DNA of 37,977 nt from positions 1 to 37,977 of the forward strand of contig NSHP01000001.1 in NCBI GenBank assembly GCA_002737125.1, in the 5' to 3' direction. Source of the DNA: Actinomycetota bacterium (GTDB lineage: Bacteria > Actinomycetota > Actinomycetes > S36-B12). The notes beneath the pieces were generated by a model that saw only the letters and a program-made list of their open reading frames with translations, searched no databases and was not told the origin of the DNA. Shown here piece by piece: positions 1 through 10,059 of the stretch. The translations under genes and the position numbers were made by a program. Positions within the stretch are counted from its first letter, which is position 1, and each line of letters opens with the position of its first letter.

Positions 1-1035
1 GGCAGCCAAAACATGGCTGGGTCGCGCATAGTCTGCAACACAAGCTGATCCGCTGGCAACGGCAAATCCTCGTTTATCGAGTTCGGTAACGAGTGCTTCG
101 CCCGAGGCATAGAGCACGGAGAAGTTAAGAATGTGGGGTAGGCGCCAAACTGGATCACCTAGTACCTCGACATCGGTAAGCCCGTTGCCAATGCCAGCGC
201 GCAGTAGTTCGATATCGGCGTGGGCTTGTTGGGCCAAAGTGACCTGCTCATTCATCAAGGCTTCCAGTGCGGTTGCGGCTCCCACCGCGCCAGCGATGTC
301 GGGGAACCCACCGAGCCAACCGCGGTCTGCGCTTATCGGGGGCAGCCAGCGCACTTCACGCCGCACCACCAAAATTGCGACCCCGGCCGGGCCGGCCCAG
401 TCACGAGCCCCGGCCGTGAGCATGGACCACCCCTGGGGCAATGGGATCCGCCCAATGGCTTGGCTGGCATCCATCAAGATCGGTAGGTCGGGGTCGGTGG
501 CTGCGACTAGTTCGATGGGCTGGCAGGTGCCGACTTCGGTATTGGCCACCTGTAAAGCGCCAATTGCGGCACTTGCTGAGGCGCGCTGAAAAGCCTCAGC
601 GTCAATGCGGCCGTAGGCATCGACTCCCACTATTTGCGTGGCCGGGCGCACTTCGCCTAAATCCAGCAGCGCCGCGGTTTCTACCGAACTCAAGGCCAGC
701 GCCCCCGGGTAGCCGTCAAGGGCAAAAGTTTGTGCTGCAGCGACACCGGATGTGAAGTAAATCTCCTCGGTGGTAATCGTCATGCCCGCGGCCAAAGACA
801 GGCTGGTTGCGATGCTGCTTCGGGCTGCGTCAAGTAGGGCTCCGGCTTGCCGGCCCGCGTGGTGCAGCCGCCTTGGATCAGCCCAGCCTTGTACCGCCGC
901 CGCCGCCATCGCGGTCGCTACAACTGCAGGGAGTGGCTGGCCGCCCATGCCATCCAGGAGGCCCGCCGGTGGGTACCAAATGCCAACCATGGAACGCACG
1001 TTAGTGGTCGGCCCCCGGTGTGGTGAATCCCTCAT
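1..1035 (-). CDS. Class-V aminotransferase / cysteine desulfurase (NifS/IscS)-like protein. The C-terminus runs off the left edge. The PLP-lysine motif appears degenerate.
   Basis: Absent from the ORF track because there is no stop in the window. My reverse-strand translation from ATG 1035 (alternative ATG 990) stays open to base 1: MRDSPHRGPTTNVRSMVGIWYPPAG...IYFTSGVAAAQ...ILMDASQAIGRIPL...LTAGARDWAGPAGVAILVVRR...AVASGSACVADYARPSHVLAA. The SGSAC...PSHVL tail is typical of IscS/NifS. The + strand ORFs 131-1072 are Ala/Arg/Pro-rich shadows. Confidence 0.7.
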   Translation of the reverse strand, partial: MRDSPHRGPTTNVRSMVGIWYPPAGLLDGMGGQPLPAVVATAMAAAAVQGWADPRRLHHAGRQAGALLDAARSSIATSLSLAAGMTITTEEIYFTSGVAAAQTFALDGYPGALALSSVETAALLDLGEVRPATQIVGVDAYGRIDAEAFQRASASAAIGALQVANTEVGTCQPIELVAATDPDLPILMDASQAIGRIPLPQGWSMLTAGARDWAGPAGVAILVVRREVRWLPPISADRGWLGGFPDIAGAVGAATALEALMNEQVTLAQQAHADIELLRAGIGNGLTDVEVLGDPVWRLPHILNFSVLYASGEALVTELDKRGFAVASGSACVADYARPSHVLAA

Positions 1036-1120
1036 AGCAATTCGCCCCGGGCGAGGGGGCGTTACCCCATAAGAATGCGATAGCCTAGGGGCAGTTCAGG
1101 TTTCTGAAGAAGGGTATTTC

Positions 1121-1954
1121 GTGGGTTTGACCGAGGTGGCTGCGCAACTGCGCCGCCCGCGCGTGTTTTTAATCGTTATTGGCGCGGTTGCCGCCACGAC
1201 ACTGTTGAGCGGGTGCACAGCCAATGAGGCTTTCTTCTTCGATATGCCCGAGCCTGCGACCAAAGAAGCCCACACTATTTTGAATTTATGGAATGGCTCT
1301 TGGATCGCCGCCTGGGGGGTTGGCATTGTCACCTGGGGCTTGATGCTGTGGGCCGCCGTTGCGTATCGCCGCCGGCATAAGGATGAAGTTCCGGAGCAGA
1401 CCACCTACAACATGCCTCTTGAACTGCTTTACACGGTTGTCCCGCTGATCATGATCCTCGGTCTCTTCTGGTTCACCGCCAGAGACCAAAGTGAACTTCT
1501 GACCATGGAGAACGATCAAGTTCAAACGGTCAACGTGGTGGCCTACCGCTGGAACTGGGGCTTTAACTACCTAGATGAAGATGTTTATACGGTCGGTACC
1601 CCCGCCCAAAACTCGGTATTAGTCCTGCCGGTAAACGAAAAAGTGCGCTTCGAACTCACTTCACCTGACGTGATCCATTCCTTCTGGGTGCCGGATTTCC
1701 TCTTTAAGATGGATGTCATTCCGGGCAAGACCAACGCATTTGAGTTGACGCCCGACAAAATCGGCACTTATGTAGGTCGCTGCGCCGAGTTGTGCGGAGT
1801 GGAGCATTCGCAGATGCTTTTCTCGGTCAAAGTTGTCGAGCGCGCTGAATTCGACGCTTATGTCGAGCAACTGAAAACACAGGGTCAGTCAGGCCTGCTC
1901 GACACCGGTCGTAGCACCGACGAAGGTCAAATGCCAGGGGAGACAGCACTATGA
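1121..1954 (+). CDS. ctaC: Cytochrome c oxidase subunit II (lipoprotein)
   Basis: GTG start. Lipobox LLSGC, two TM helices, and the CuA motif HSFWVPDF...[12 protein letters not shown]. The stop overlaps the ctaD start (ATGA). Confidence 0.95.
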   Translation: MGLTEVAAQLRRPRVFLIVIGAVAATTLLSGCTANEAFFFDMPEPATKEAHTILNLWNGSWIAAWGVGIVTWGLMLWAAVAYRRRHKDEVPEQTTYNMPLELLYTVVPLIMILGLFWFTARDQSELLTMENDQVQTVNVVAYRWNWGFNYLDEDVYTVGTPAQNSVLVLPVNEKVRFELTSPDVIHSFWVPDFLFKMDVIPGKTNAFELTPDKIGTYVGRCAELCGVEHSQMLFSVKVVERAEFDAYVEQLKTQGQSGLLDTGRSTDEGQMPGETAL

Positions 1955-3648
1955 CAATGCTCAGCGACCGCGTCGTTTCGTCGGATCAGGGACCGCAATT
2001 ACCGCAGCGCAAGAAAAAGAGCCCCGGCTTGATGGTGGTGTCTTGGTTGACCTCAACCGACCACAAGGTGATCGGTTATATGTACCTAATCCTGGCGACA
2101 TTTTGGTTCTTCGCTGCTGGTGCGATGGCATTGGTTGTCCGAGCCGAGCTCGCCATCCCGGGGCTGCAATTCGTTTCACTCGAGCAGTACAACCAGCTGT
2201 TCACGATGCACGGGACAATCATGTTGTTCTTGTTCGCAACCCCGCTGTTCGTCGGCTACGCGAACGTCATCATGCCGCTGCAGATCGGCTCACCTGACGT
2301 CGCCTTCCCACGCCTCAACATGTTGGGATTCTGGCTTTTTGCCTTCGGCGGCATGGTCGTGGCGGCGGGTTTCATTACCCCTGGTGGCGCCGCCGCCTTT
2401 GGGTGGTTCGCCTACGCACCGCTCAGCAACGCTTTTTACTCACCCGAGGTAGGGGGCGACCTGTGGTTGCTGGGGTTGGCGATGGGCGGGCTAGGTACCA
2501 TCCTCGGTTCTGTCAACTTCGTGACAACCATTTTCTGTATGAGGGCTCCCGGTATGACCATGTTCCGGATGCCTATTTTCACCTGGACGATTTTTACCAC
2601 CAGCGTGCTGGCTCTGCTTGCTTTCCCGGTATTGGCCGCTGCCCTTGCACTTGCCTTCATTGACCGTAATTATGGGGCGGTGGTGTTCGCACCGGAAAAC
2701 GGTGGAGCCATGCTGTGGGAGCACCTTTTCTGGTTCTTCGGGCACCCGGAAGTCTACATTTTGGCTTTGCCTTTCTTTGGTATCGCCAGCGAAATCATCC
2801 CGGTCTTTTCACGTAAGCCGGTCTTTGGATACAAAGGCTTGATCTACGCAACTTTGGGGATCGGCGCCCTATCGATGGCGGTGTGGGCACATCACCTTTA
2901 TGTCACCGGGTCGGTTTATCTGCCATTCTTTGCTTTCATGACGATGCTGATCGCGGTGCCAACGGGTGTCAAATTCTTTAACTGGATTGGCACGATGTGG
3001 CGCGGATCGGTCTCATTTGATACCCCGATGCTCTGGACCATGGGCTTCATGTTCACGTTCTTATTCGGTGGGCTCACCGGCATCATCTTGTCGGCGCCCC
3101 CCCTTGACTTCCACCTTTCAGACAGCTATTTCGTTGTTGCTCATTTTCACTACACCGTCTTTGGAACCGTGGTGTTCATGTTCTTCGCGGGGCTGTACTT
3201 CTGGTGGCCAAAAATGACCGGCAAAATGCTTAATGAACGCCTGGGCAAGATCCATTTTTGGCTGCTTTTTATTGGTTTCCAGACGACTTTCTTGGTGCAG
3301 CACTGGCTGGGTGTACAAGGGATGCCACGGCGGTACGGTGACTACCTGCCCTCGGATGGTTTCTCAACCCTCAATGCGGTTTCTACCGTGGGAGCAGCAA
3401 TTTTGGGTATTTCAACGCTTTTCTTCATCTGGAATGTAATTAAGACTTCTCGCACTGCGCCGATGGTTGGTGTTGATGACCCTTGGGGTTGGGGTGGTTC
3501 CCTCGAGTGGGCAACTTCATGTCCGCCACCGCGACACAACTTTGTCTCGATTCCGAAGATCCGGTCTGAGCGTCCCGCATTTGATTTGCATCACCCAGAA
3601 CTGGCGATCACTACTCAGCAGCCTGCGGTCGAAGGAATAAAGTCGTGA
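1951..3648 (+). CDS. ctaD: Cytochrome c oxidase subunit I
   Basis: 565 aa polytopic protein with haem-copper oxidase signatures ([28 protein letters not shown]). Confidence 0.97.
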   Translation: MTMLSDRVVSSDQGPQLPQRKKKSPGLMVVSWLTSTDHKVIGYMYLILATFWFFAAGAMALVVRAELAIPGLQFVSLEQYNQLFTMHGTIMLFLFATPLFVGYANVIMPLQIGSPDVAFPRLNMLGFWLFAFGGMVVAAGFITPGGAAAFGWFAYAPLSNAFYSPEVGGDLWLLGLAMGGLGTILGSVNFVTTIFCMRAPGMTMFRMPIFTWTIFTTSVLALLAFPVLAAALALAFIDRNYGAVVFAPENGGAMLWEHLFWFFGHPEVYILALPFFGIASEIIPVFSRKPVFGYKGLIYATLGIGALSMAVWAHHLYVTGSVYLPFFAFMTMLIAVPTGVKFFNWIGTMWRGSVSFDTPMLWTMGFMFTFLFGGLTGIILSAPPLDFHLSDSYFVVAHFHYTVFGTVVFMFFAGLYFWWPKMTGKMLNERLGKIHFWLLFIGFQTTFLVQHWLGVQGMPRRYGDYLPSDGFSTLNAVSTVGAAILGISTLFFIWNVIKTSRTAPMVGVDDPWGWGGSLEWATSCPPPRHNFVSIPKIRSERPAFDLHHPELAITTQQPAVEGIKS

Positions 3649-4040
3649 AAGTTGAAGGCCGAATATTTGGCTTAGGTGCCATTTTCTTTCCAATAACGGC
3701 ATTCGCCTACTGGTACCTATCTCACGATCCCATCGGGACCACCGCGTTAGCCCTTTCTGGGGCTTTGGCCTTCTTGGTCGCCTTCTATGTGCTCTATACA
3801 GCCAAACGGGTTTATCCAAGGCCCGAGGATCGACTCGATGGCAATATCGACGAAGCCGACCCGGAGTACGGGTTCTTCAGCCCGCATTCGTGGTGGCCGC
3901 TAGTGCTTGGCTTTTCGGCCTTCTTAGTTGTTCTCGGACTGATATTCGCGGTGTGGCTTTTGGTGTTTGCCTTCACGTTGCTGATCGTCGCCTTGGTTGG
4001 TTGGCTATTTGAGTACTACCGGGGCGAATTCGCGCACTGA
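3645..4040 (+). CDS. ctaF: Cytochrome c oxidase subunit IV (actinobacterial CtaF)
   Basis: 131 aa protein with 4 TM helices, GTGA overlap with ctaD, and the position conserved in actinobacterial cta operons. Confidence 0.85.
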   Translation: MKVEGRIFGLGAIFFPITAFAYWYLSHDPIGTTALALSGALAFLVAFYVLYTAKRVYPRPEDRLDGNIDEADPEYGFFSPHSWWPLVLGFSAFLVVLGLIFAVWLLVFAFTLLIVALVGWLFEYYRGEFAH

Positions 4041-4094
4041 GTGCAACGGCTACGGCTGATCCGGTAGTTCGGGTGCGCTACTGATTTAGTGTAG

Positions 4095-5187
4095 ATGGTG
4101 AAATGGTCGCCGCTCGTGTCGGCCGGATTTTTTGTTCTGGGCTTGACCGCTTGCGCTACCGCCCCCACGTTGAGCCTTAAGACCACACCGATTCCTCCGG
4201 TCTCTCGGGTAGTCATCTTGGCTGAGCCCGCAGCAACTATGCCGGTTGAAATCACCCAGCCAATATTTGTGACAGCCGAACACGGCAGGTTGGCTGAGGT
4301 GGCCGTTCTCGGGCCGACAGGTCCCCTCGCAGGGCAGATGAGCGCCGATGGCTCTGGGGTTTGGATAGCCGAGTCGACTGAGTTGGCCTATGGCACCACC
4401 TACCGCATATCAGCCAAGGCGGTGGATTCACGTGGGGTTGCCAATACGGAGACCGATGATTTCACGACTGTATCCCCGGAGAAGTTCTTCACCGGTTCGG
4501 TTTCCCCGCTGCCGGATACGGCAGTTGGCATCGGCACACCGATAGCCGTCACTTTCGATAAAAGTGTGAGCGACAGGGCCGCGGTGCAGCGGGCGTTGGT
4601 AATAACTACCTCTGTGCCGATTGAGGGTGCCTGGGCGTGGCTCACGGACAAAGTAGTTGTGTTTCGCCCGCGGTATTACTGGCCGGGAGATATCACCGCC
4701 ACCGTGTCGCTAAACCTGACAGGAGTGCAGGCCAAGCCGGGGATTTACAGGTCTGGTGATATCTAGAGCGTGGTGAGATTCGGGCCGGCAATGGTGACTC
4801 GAGTAAATGCCCAAAGTTACCAAGCTACTGTTTATCGAAATAACGTGAAACTTAGGGTTATCCCCATCACCACGGGTAAGGCGGGTTTTGAAACCCGATC
4901 CGGGATGGAAGTGATTTTGAGTAAAGAGCGCACCCGAACAATGGATGCCGCAACCGGTGGTGCCGATAATAAAGACCCTTAGTACTACCGGCTTCTCGTC
5001 GAGTACGCGATGCGGGTTACCTACAGCGGGGAGTTCTTGCACGCCGCCCCATGGTCGGTCCGGTCCCAAGGTCAGGCGAATGTCAGCCACGGGTGTGGAT
5101 CAAGATCTTGGCACTGGGTTGAACAACTGGAACCAGTCATGGGATGAGCGGTTGACCAGCTCCTCGGCAGGCGCGCTCATGATCTAG
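4095..5187 (+). pseudogene. L,D-transpeptidase (LdtMt2/LppS-like lipoprotein: Ig-like domains plus YkuD domain). It is disrupted by two in-frame TAG codons and a frame change after the catalytic HGC.
   Basis: Lipobox LGLTAC. ORFs 4095-4766 and 4770-4982 and the stretch 4983-5147 are all in the same frame, separated only by TAG at 4764-4766 and 4980-4982. The read-through translation gives ...GDI*SVVRFGPAMVTRVNAQSYQATVYRNNVKLRVIPITTGKAGFETRSGMEVILSKERTRTMDAATGGADNKDP*YYRLLVEYAMRVTYSGEFLHAAPWSVRSQGQANVSHGC, a YkuD signature. After HGC (5088-5096) a protein-like sequence continues only in the +1 frame, to 5187. Confidence 0.75.
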
Positions 5188-5223
5188 CGAGGGCACTAAA
5201 AGCGGGTTTGCGAACTGAGCCAC

Positions 5224-6981
5224 TTATTGTTCGGTGCGCTCGGCAAACTGCTTGGAGTTGGTATCGGCCATGCCTAGGTGATGCAGCACCCCGCCGTGAC
5301 CATTGCGAAGCTCGTCAGCGTCCTCGTAGGCATGTAGCGGCGCCTCGAGTGCGGCATCGTGGGCAACGTGGTGCTGTGCGGCCTCGATCTCGGCAGCGGT
5401 TGGCTTGGCGATGTTTTCGGCGTAGAAGAAGTGGCTGAGCTTGGCCCGCATTGATTTGAGCCGGTAATAGGGATTTGCAACTCCGTCAGCATCTACTTTT
5501 ACCGGCGCCGGCAGTGGCGTGATGTCGGTCTTCGAGGTGATTACTGCCATTTCCTTGTAGTTGATTGGCTCGTGCACCTCGATGAACTCACCATGCGGCA
5601 GGCGCAGTACCCGGCCGGTCTCGTAACCGTGCAGCAATTTATCACGATCGCGGCGCTGCAGAGCCAAGCAAATGCGCCTGGTTACCACGAAGGCAATCGG
5701 AGGTAGCACGAAAATTGTCAAACGTAGGAACCAGGTAATTGAGTTGATAGTTAGATTGAAACTCGTTGCAATGATGTCGTTGCCGCCACCAATCCAGAGT
5801 AATCCGTAGAAAGTTATTGCCATTACCCCAATACCGGTGCGTGTCGGGTTATTGCGCGGCCGGTCAAGTAGGTGATGCTCACGCTTGTCGCCGGTGACCC
5901 AAGCCTCTAAGAACGGGTAGAGGGCAAGTGCGGTGAATACAATGCCGGGCATGATTACGGCAGGGATCAAAATGTTCCATGAGATGGTGTAGCCGAATAA
6001 ATATGTCTCAATATTCGGCATAATCCGTAGTGCCCCATCGAGCCATCCGATATACCAGTCAGGCTGTGAACCGGCACTAACTTGGTCGGGGGTGTAGGGG
6101 CCGAAAATCCAAATCGGGTTAAGTGTTACCAGGCCGGCGATCAGTGTGCAGACGCCGAACACGATAAAGAAGAAGCCGCCAGCCTTTGCCATGTATACCG
6201 GCATAAGCGGGTACCCAACCACGTTGCTGTTGGTCCGCCCGGGGCCGGGGAACTGGGTGTGCTTTTGGGTCCAGACCAACATCAGGTGCACCGTTACCAA
6301 AGCAAGGATTAGCCCGGGCACTAACAAGATATGGATGCCATAGAGCCTCGAGATGAAGTCCGTGCCGGGGTACTCGCCCCCGAAGAGTAAGAAGGCACCC
6401 CACGTTCCAACAATAGGGATGGACTGCACAATTCCACGGGCAATCTGGAGCCCGGTGCCCGAAAGCAGATCATCGGGCAGCGAGTACCCGGAGAATCCAG
6501 CAGCCAGTGCCAAAGTGGCTAGACCTACCCCGATGATCCAGTTGAACTCACGGGGTTTGCGGAAAGCGCCGGTGAAGAAAACCCTGAACATGTGGACCGC
6601 GATTGCGGCAATAAAGATCAGCGCGGCCCAGTGGTGCATTTGGCGGATCAAGAGCCCTCCGCGCACATCGAATGAGATATCCAAAGATGAGGAGTAGGCC
6701 TCTGACATCTCGATGCCCTTAAGTGGCACATACGAGCCGTCATAGATGACCTCAACCATGGAAGCTTTATAGAACAAGGTCAGGTAAACACCCGAGAGCA
6801 GAACCACTATGAAGCTATAAAGGGCAATCTCGCCCAGCATGAAGGACCAGTGATCTGGGAAGACTTTTCCGAGGTTGCGGGACAGGAACTTATTGCTGCC
6901 CACACGTTGATCAACGTAGGTAGCAACACCTTCACCCGCGGCCTCAATCGGGCTTGACACTGTTGGATTAGTCGTGCTCAT
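5224..6981 (-). CDS. qcrB: Cytochrome bc1 complex cytochrome b subunit
   Basis: Long polytopic protein with a cytochrome b fold (haem-ligand His-containing helices). ATG at 6981 forms an ATGA overlap with the qcrA stop. The track's TTG at 6993 is an alternative start. Confidence 0.95.
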   Translation of the reverse strand: MSTTNPTVSSPIEAAGEGVATYVDQRVGSNKFLSRNLGKVFPDHWSFMLGEIALYSFIVVLLSGVYLTLFYKASMVEVIYDGSYVPLKGIEMSEAYSSSLDISFDVRGGLLIRQMHHWAALIFIAAIAVHMFRVFFTGAFRKPREFNWIIGVGLATLALAAGFSGYSLPDDLLSGTGLQIARGIVQSIPIVGTWGAFLLFGGEYPGTDFISRLYGIHILLVPGLILALVTVHLMLVWTQKHTQFPGPGRTNSNVVGYPLMPVYMAKAGGFFFIVFGVCTLIAGLVTLNPIWIFGPYTPDQVSAGSQPDWYIGWLDGALRIMPNIETYLFGYTISWNILIPAVIMPGIVFTALALYPFLEAWVTGDKREHHLLDRPRNNPTRTGIGVMAITFYGLLWIGGGNDIIATSFNLTINSITWFLRLTIFVLPPIAFVVTRRICLALQRRDRDKLLHGYETGRVLRLPHGEFIEVHEPINYKEMAVITSKTDITPLPAPVKVDADGVANPYYRLKSMRAKLSHFFYAENIAKPTAAEIEAAQHHVAHDAALEAPLHAYEDADELRNGHGGVLHHLGMADTNSKQFAERTEQ

Positions 6982-8033
6982 CCACGCTCCCAAAAACTAG
7001 GTCCAACCGGTTCAGCAAATGGTGCCTTCGCCACTATGAATCCTTCCACATCTACGCCAATTGGCAACTGGGGCATGCGCCGCGCCGCCGGGCCAAAGAC
7101 CACGTTGCCAGAGTCTGCAAGGTCGAATGTCGATTGGTGGCATGGGCAGAGCAAGTGGTGGGTGCGCTGCTCATAAAGGGCGATCGGGCAGCCCACGTGG
7201 GTGCAAATCTTGGAGTAAGCGACGATCCCTTGGTAATCCCAGCCGTCACCTTGCTGCGAGACAATGTCAGCCGGGTCCATGCGCACCAAGATGATGGCAG
7301 CTTTGGCGCGAGCATTTAGGTTGCCCTCGGCAATCTGGACTTCTTCAAGGTCTGCTGGTGCCGCGGAAACCAGCCCGCCCACGGGAATATCTTCGGGGCG
7401 GATCGGCAGGTAGGTGGGATCGGTAACAACCCGGGTGCCGTCCTTCCACAAGGTGGTGGTTAAAAGTTCTGAGGGGCTGGGGCTGCCGGGGGGTGAGATC
7501 CACAGGTCGCGAAGCATGACGATCAGTGGGATTGGGAATAGCACCATGGCGCCGATCAAGGTGCGCCGAATGATCTTGAAGCGCGCAAAACCAGATTCTT
7601 CTTTGCCCCGCTCGTAATTCGCCGCAGCTTCGCCGGTGGCTTCAGCCGGTGAGGATAGGTCATGTCGCTCTTGGACTACTTCTACATCGGGCATCAATTT
7701 TTTGGCCCACTGAATGGCGCCAGCGCCGATCAGGAAAATCGCTGCACCCATGGTGAATCCAAGGGTGATATTCATGGCCCCGACCACACCGAACACCGGA
7801 AGATAAACATTCGCGGACTTGTCTATGGCGACGAAGGCGATGATAAAAAGCACAACAAAAAGCATGGACAACATGAACATCGAAGAGACTTGGCGCTCAG
7901 CCCTGCGTGCCGCCTTCGGATCAGTATCAGCTACCCGCGGGCGGTGCGGGATATCGGCAACCGGAGAGTAGCCAAGTTTTGCTGGTGCATGTTCGCCGGC
8001 GCCGGTCCCAGGGCCTGTACTAATCTCTGTCAT
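6978..8033 (-). CDS. qcrA: Cytochrome bc1 complex Rieske iron-sulfur subunit
   Basis: Rieske 2Fe-2S boxes CTHVGCP and CPCHQSTF, plus N-terminal TM helices. The start overlaps the qcrC stop. Confidence 0.95.
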   Translation of the reverse strand: MTEISTGPGTGAGEHAPAKLGYSPVADIPHRPRVADTDPKAARRAERQVSSMFMLSMLFVVLFIIAFVAIDKSANVYLPVFGVVGAMNITLGFTMGAAIFLIGAGAIQWAKKLMPDVEVVQERHDLSSPAEATGEAAANYERGKEESGFARFKIIRRTLIGAMVLFPIPLIVMLRDLWISPPGSPSPSELLTTTLWKDGTRVVTDPTYLPIRPEDIPVGGLVSAAPADLEEVQIAEGNLNARAKAAIILVRMDPADIVSQQGDGWDYQGIVAYSKICTHVGCPIALYEQRTHHLLCPCHQSTFDLADSGNVVFGPAARRMPQLPIGVDVEGFIVAKAPFAEPVGPSFWERG

Positions 8034-8821
8034 CGCGCTTTAATTCCAACCCAAATAGCCACTGCGATCAGGGCGCCGAATACTGCCGTCCACAGAAATA
8101 AGCCTTCGGTCACCGGGCCGAGTCGGCCGAGTGAGAGCCCGCCGGGGTCGGCAGCGTTTTGCAGATAGTCGACATAGGCGATGATTGCTTTCTTGTCCTC
8201 TTCGGGAAGCGTGGAATCGCTGAAGACCGGCATACTTTGGGGCCCGGTGATCATGGCTTCGTACATCTGCACCGGGGTGGCGTTCATTAAGCTGGGTGCG
8301 TACTTGCCCTGGGTTAGTGCTCCACCTTGACCTGCGGCTTGGTGGCATTGTTGGCAGTTGACCCGAAACAGCACCCCCCCTTCGGCCACGTCAGCGCTAC
8401 CGAAATCAACCTGCTCAGCGTTGGGGATGGCGGGGCCAGGTGCTAGCGAAGATACATAAGCCGCTAACGCTGCGGTCTCCTCCTTGTTGTACTGAGGAGG
8501 CCCAGCCGCCGCCTGCACGCCGGGGGCAGCAAGGGGCATGCGCCCCGTGGCCACCTGGAAGTCAACAGCGGCTGCGCCGACACCGATCAAAGTAGGGCCG
8601 TTGGTGGAACCCTGAGCTTGCAGGCTATGGCAGGAGGAGCAGCCCTCCAGGTAGAGCTGCTTGCCCATTTCCACCTGGGTTTCGCTACTGGCTGCGCCGG
8701 CAGCTTCGGCGGGGCGCACTGTCCCGACGGCGGCATAAACCCCACCGACCGCAACCAGTGCGAAAAGCAGCATTGCCAAAGCCACGACTGGTTGACGTCG
8801 CCTGGCAGCAAGGAACTTCAC
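8030..8821 (-). CDS. qcrC: Cytochrome bc1 complex dihaem cytochrome c subunit
   Basis: Two CxxCH motifs (CSSCHS, CQQCHQ), a signal/TM segment at the N-terminus and a TM anchor at the C-terminus. GTG start with GAAAGG upstream. Confidence 0.95.
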   Translation of the reverse strand: MKFLAARRRQPVVALAMLLFALVAVGGVYAAVGTVRPAEAAGAASSETQVEMGKQLYLEGCSSCHSLQAQGSTNGPTLIGVGAAAVDFQVATGRMPLAAPGVQAAAGPPQYNKEETAALAAYVSSLAPGPAIPNAEQVDFGSADVAEGGVLFRVNCQQCHQAAGQGGALTQGKYAPSLMNATPVQMYEAMITGPQSMPVFSDSTLPEEDKKAIIAYVDYLQNAADPGGLSLGRLGPVTEGLFLWTAVFGALIAVAIWVGIKAR

Positions 8822-8840
8822 GCGGGCAAGCCTTTCGTCG

Positions 8841-9506
8841 CTATTTGAGGATGTAAATCATGAAGAAAAGGGCAATCCAGACCACGTCAACAAAGTGCCA
8901 GTAATAGGACGCGACGATGGCGCGGGTGGCCTGATCGTGGGTGAAGCGCTTGGTTGCGTAGGTGGTGGCCAGCACTAGCAGGAAGGCGATTAGTCCGCCG
9001 GTAACGTGCAGGCCATGGAATCCCGTTGTGAGGTAGAAAGCGGAACCGTAGGCATTCGATGAAAGCGTCAAACCTTCGTGAACCAAAGCCACGTACTCGG
9101 TGACCTGGCCGGCGACAAAGAATGAGCCCATCAAGAACGTGATAATGAACCAGCGGCGCAGTACTTTGACCTCGCCCCGCTCGGCCGCGAAGACTCCCAA
9201 TTGGCAGGTCACGCTGGACAGCACTAAAACCGTGGTGTTTAAGCTGGCGAAGGGGATATTTAGCAACTTGGTTTCTGCGGCCCACAGTTCGGGGTTCACC
9301 GCCCGTAGGGTGAAATACATCGCGAAGAGCGCGGCGAAGAACATCAGCTCGCTGGCAAGCCAAACTATGGTGCCGATAGCCACCATGTTGGGCCGGTTGG
9401 CCGGGGCGTGCGCGTAGGTAGCCGGTACCTGCGTTGTTGATGCCACGACTGCAGTCTGGCAGATGAACCACGGTGTTTCCTGTTTACCCCCCGTGAACTT
9501 CGTCAC
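8841..9506 (-). CDS. ctaE: Cytochrome c oxidase subunit III
   Basis: [24 protein letters not shown]...[14 protein letters not shown]...[15 protein letters not shown] closely resembles actinobacterial CtaE. The true start may be internal (e.g. GTG 9446), since the first ~20 aa are not typical. Confidence 0.9.
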   Translation of the reverse strand: MTKFTGGKQETPWFICQTAVVASTTQVPATYAHAPANRPNMVAIGTIVWLASELMFFAALFAMYFTLRAVNPELWAAETKLLNIPFASLNTTVLVLSSVTCQLGVFAAERGEVKVLRRWFIITFLMGSFFVAGQVTEYVALVHEGLTLSSNAYGSAFYLTTGFHGLHVTGGLIAFLLVLATTYATKRFTHDQATRAIVASYYWHFVDVVWIALFFMIYILK

Positions 9507-9580
9507 GGTCTATGAGGGGCTCGCTGGCATCTGCGCCCCGCACGCGATAGGCGGCTCCGGCTCGGTCTAAGGTTGGCCTC

Positions 9581-10021
9581 GTGAGCGACCAGGTGAGCCC
9601 CGAGGTAACCAGCAACCTAAAGGTTTTGATCTACAGCGATGACCGTACGGTGCGCAGCGATGTGATGTTCGCACTTGGTAAGCGCCCGGCGCCCGACCTA
9701 GCCGAATTGGATTATGTCGAGTGCGCCACCGGCCCGGCATTAATTGGGCTCGTCGACAAAGGTCGCTTTGATTTGCTGATCTTGGACGGTGAAGCCACCC
9801 CGGTGGGTGGCATGGGGGTGGCCCGGCAGTTGAAGGACGAAATCTTCAATTGCCCGCCGATCTTGGTTCTCATCGCCCGACCGCAGGATGCTTGGTTGGC
9901 GACGTGGTCACGTGCTGAAGCGGTGTCCTCGCACCCGATCAACGCCGTGCTGCTTGCCGATGCGGTGACCGGTCTACTGCGTCCGAAAATGGCGAAGTTA
10001 TCCGCCATTGCCACCGCGTGA
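9581..10021 (+). CDS. Stand-alone CheY-like receiver-domain protein (atypical, possibly a pseudo-receiver)
   Basis: 146 aa with the receiver pattern: acidic pair (YSDD), phospho-acceptor context (DLLILDGE), and alpha/beta periodicity. GTG start with AAGG 6-7 nt upstream. The conserved Thr/Ser and Lys positions appear substituted (LIAR, SHP). Confidence 0.5.
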   Translation: MSDQVSPEVTSNLKVLIYSDDRTVRSDVMFALGKRPAPDLAELDYVECATGPALIGLVDKGRFDLLILDGEATPVGGMGVARQLKDEIFNCPPILVLIARPQDAWLATWSRAEAVSSHPINAVLLADAVTGLLRPKMAKLSAIATA

Positions 10022-10059
10022 TTATTGTCTCACCATAATTTGAAGTTGCGTTGATCCAG

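Noticed and set aside
1043-1061. GC-rich hairpin CGCCCC-GGGCGAG-GGGGCG between the divergent desulfurase-like gene and ctaC
   Set aside because: It sits between two divergent starts, so it cannot be a terminator. It is too short and isolated to assign a function.
131-1072. Several + strand ORFs (131-589, 220-486, 441-755, 770-1072, 807-1004)
   Set aside because: They have Ala/Arg/Ser/Pro-rich nonsense composition. The minus strand carries an uninterrupted IscS/NifS-like reading frame across the whole interval. These are shadow ORFs of that gene.
8887-9471. 194-aa minus ORF overlapping ctaE in another frame, and similar long alternative-frame ORFs inside ctaD, qcrB, trpD, fadD, crtI, etc.
   Set aside because: They have Arg/Pro/Gly-rich compositions typical of off-frame ORFs in GC-rich DNA. 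Each lies entirely within a gene that has clear family motifs.
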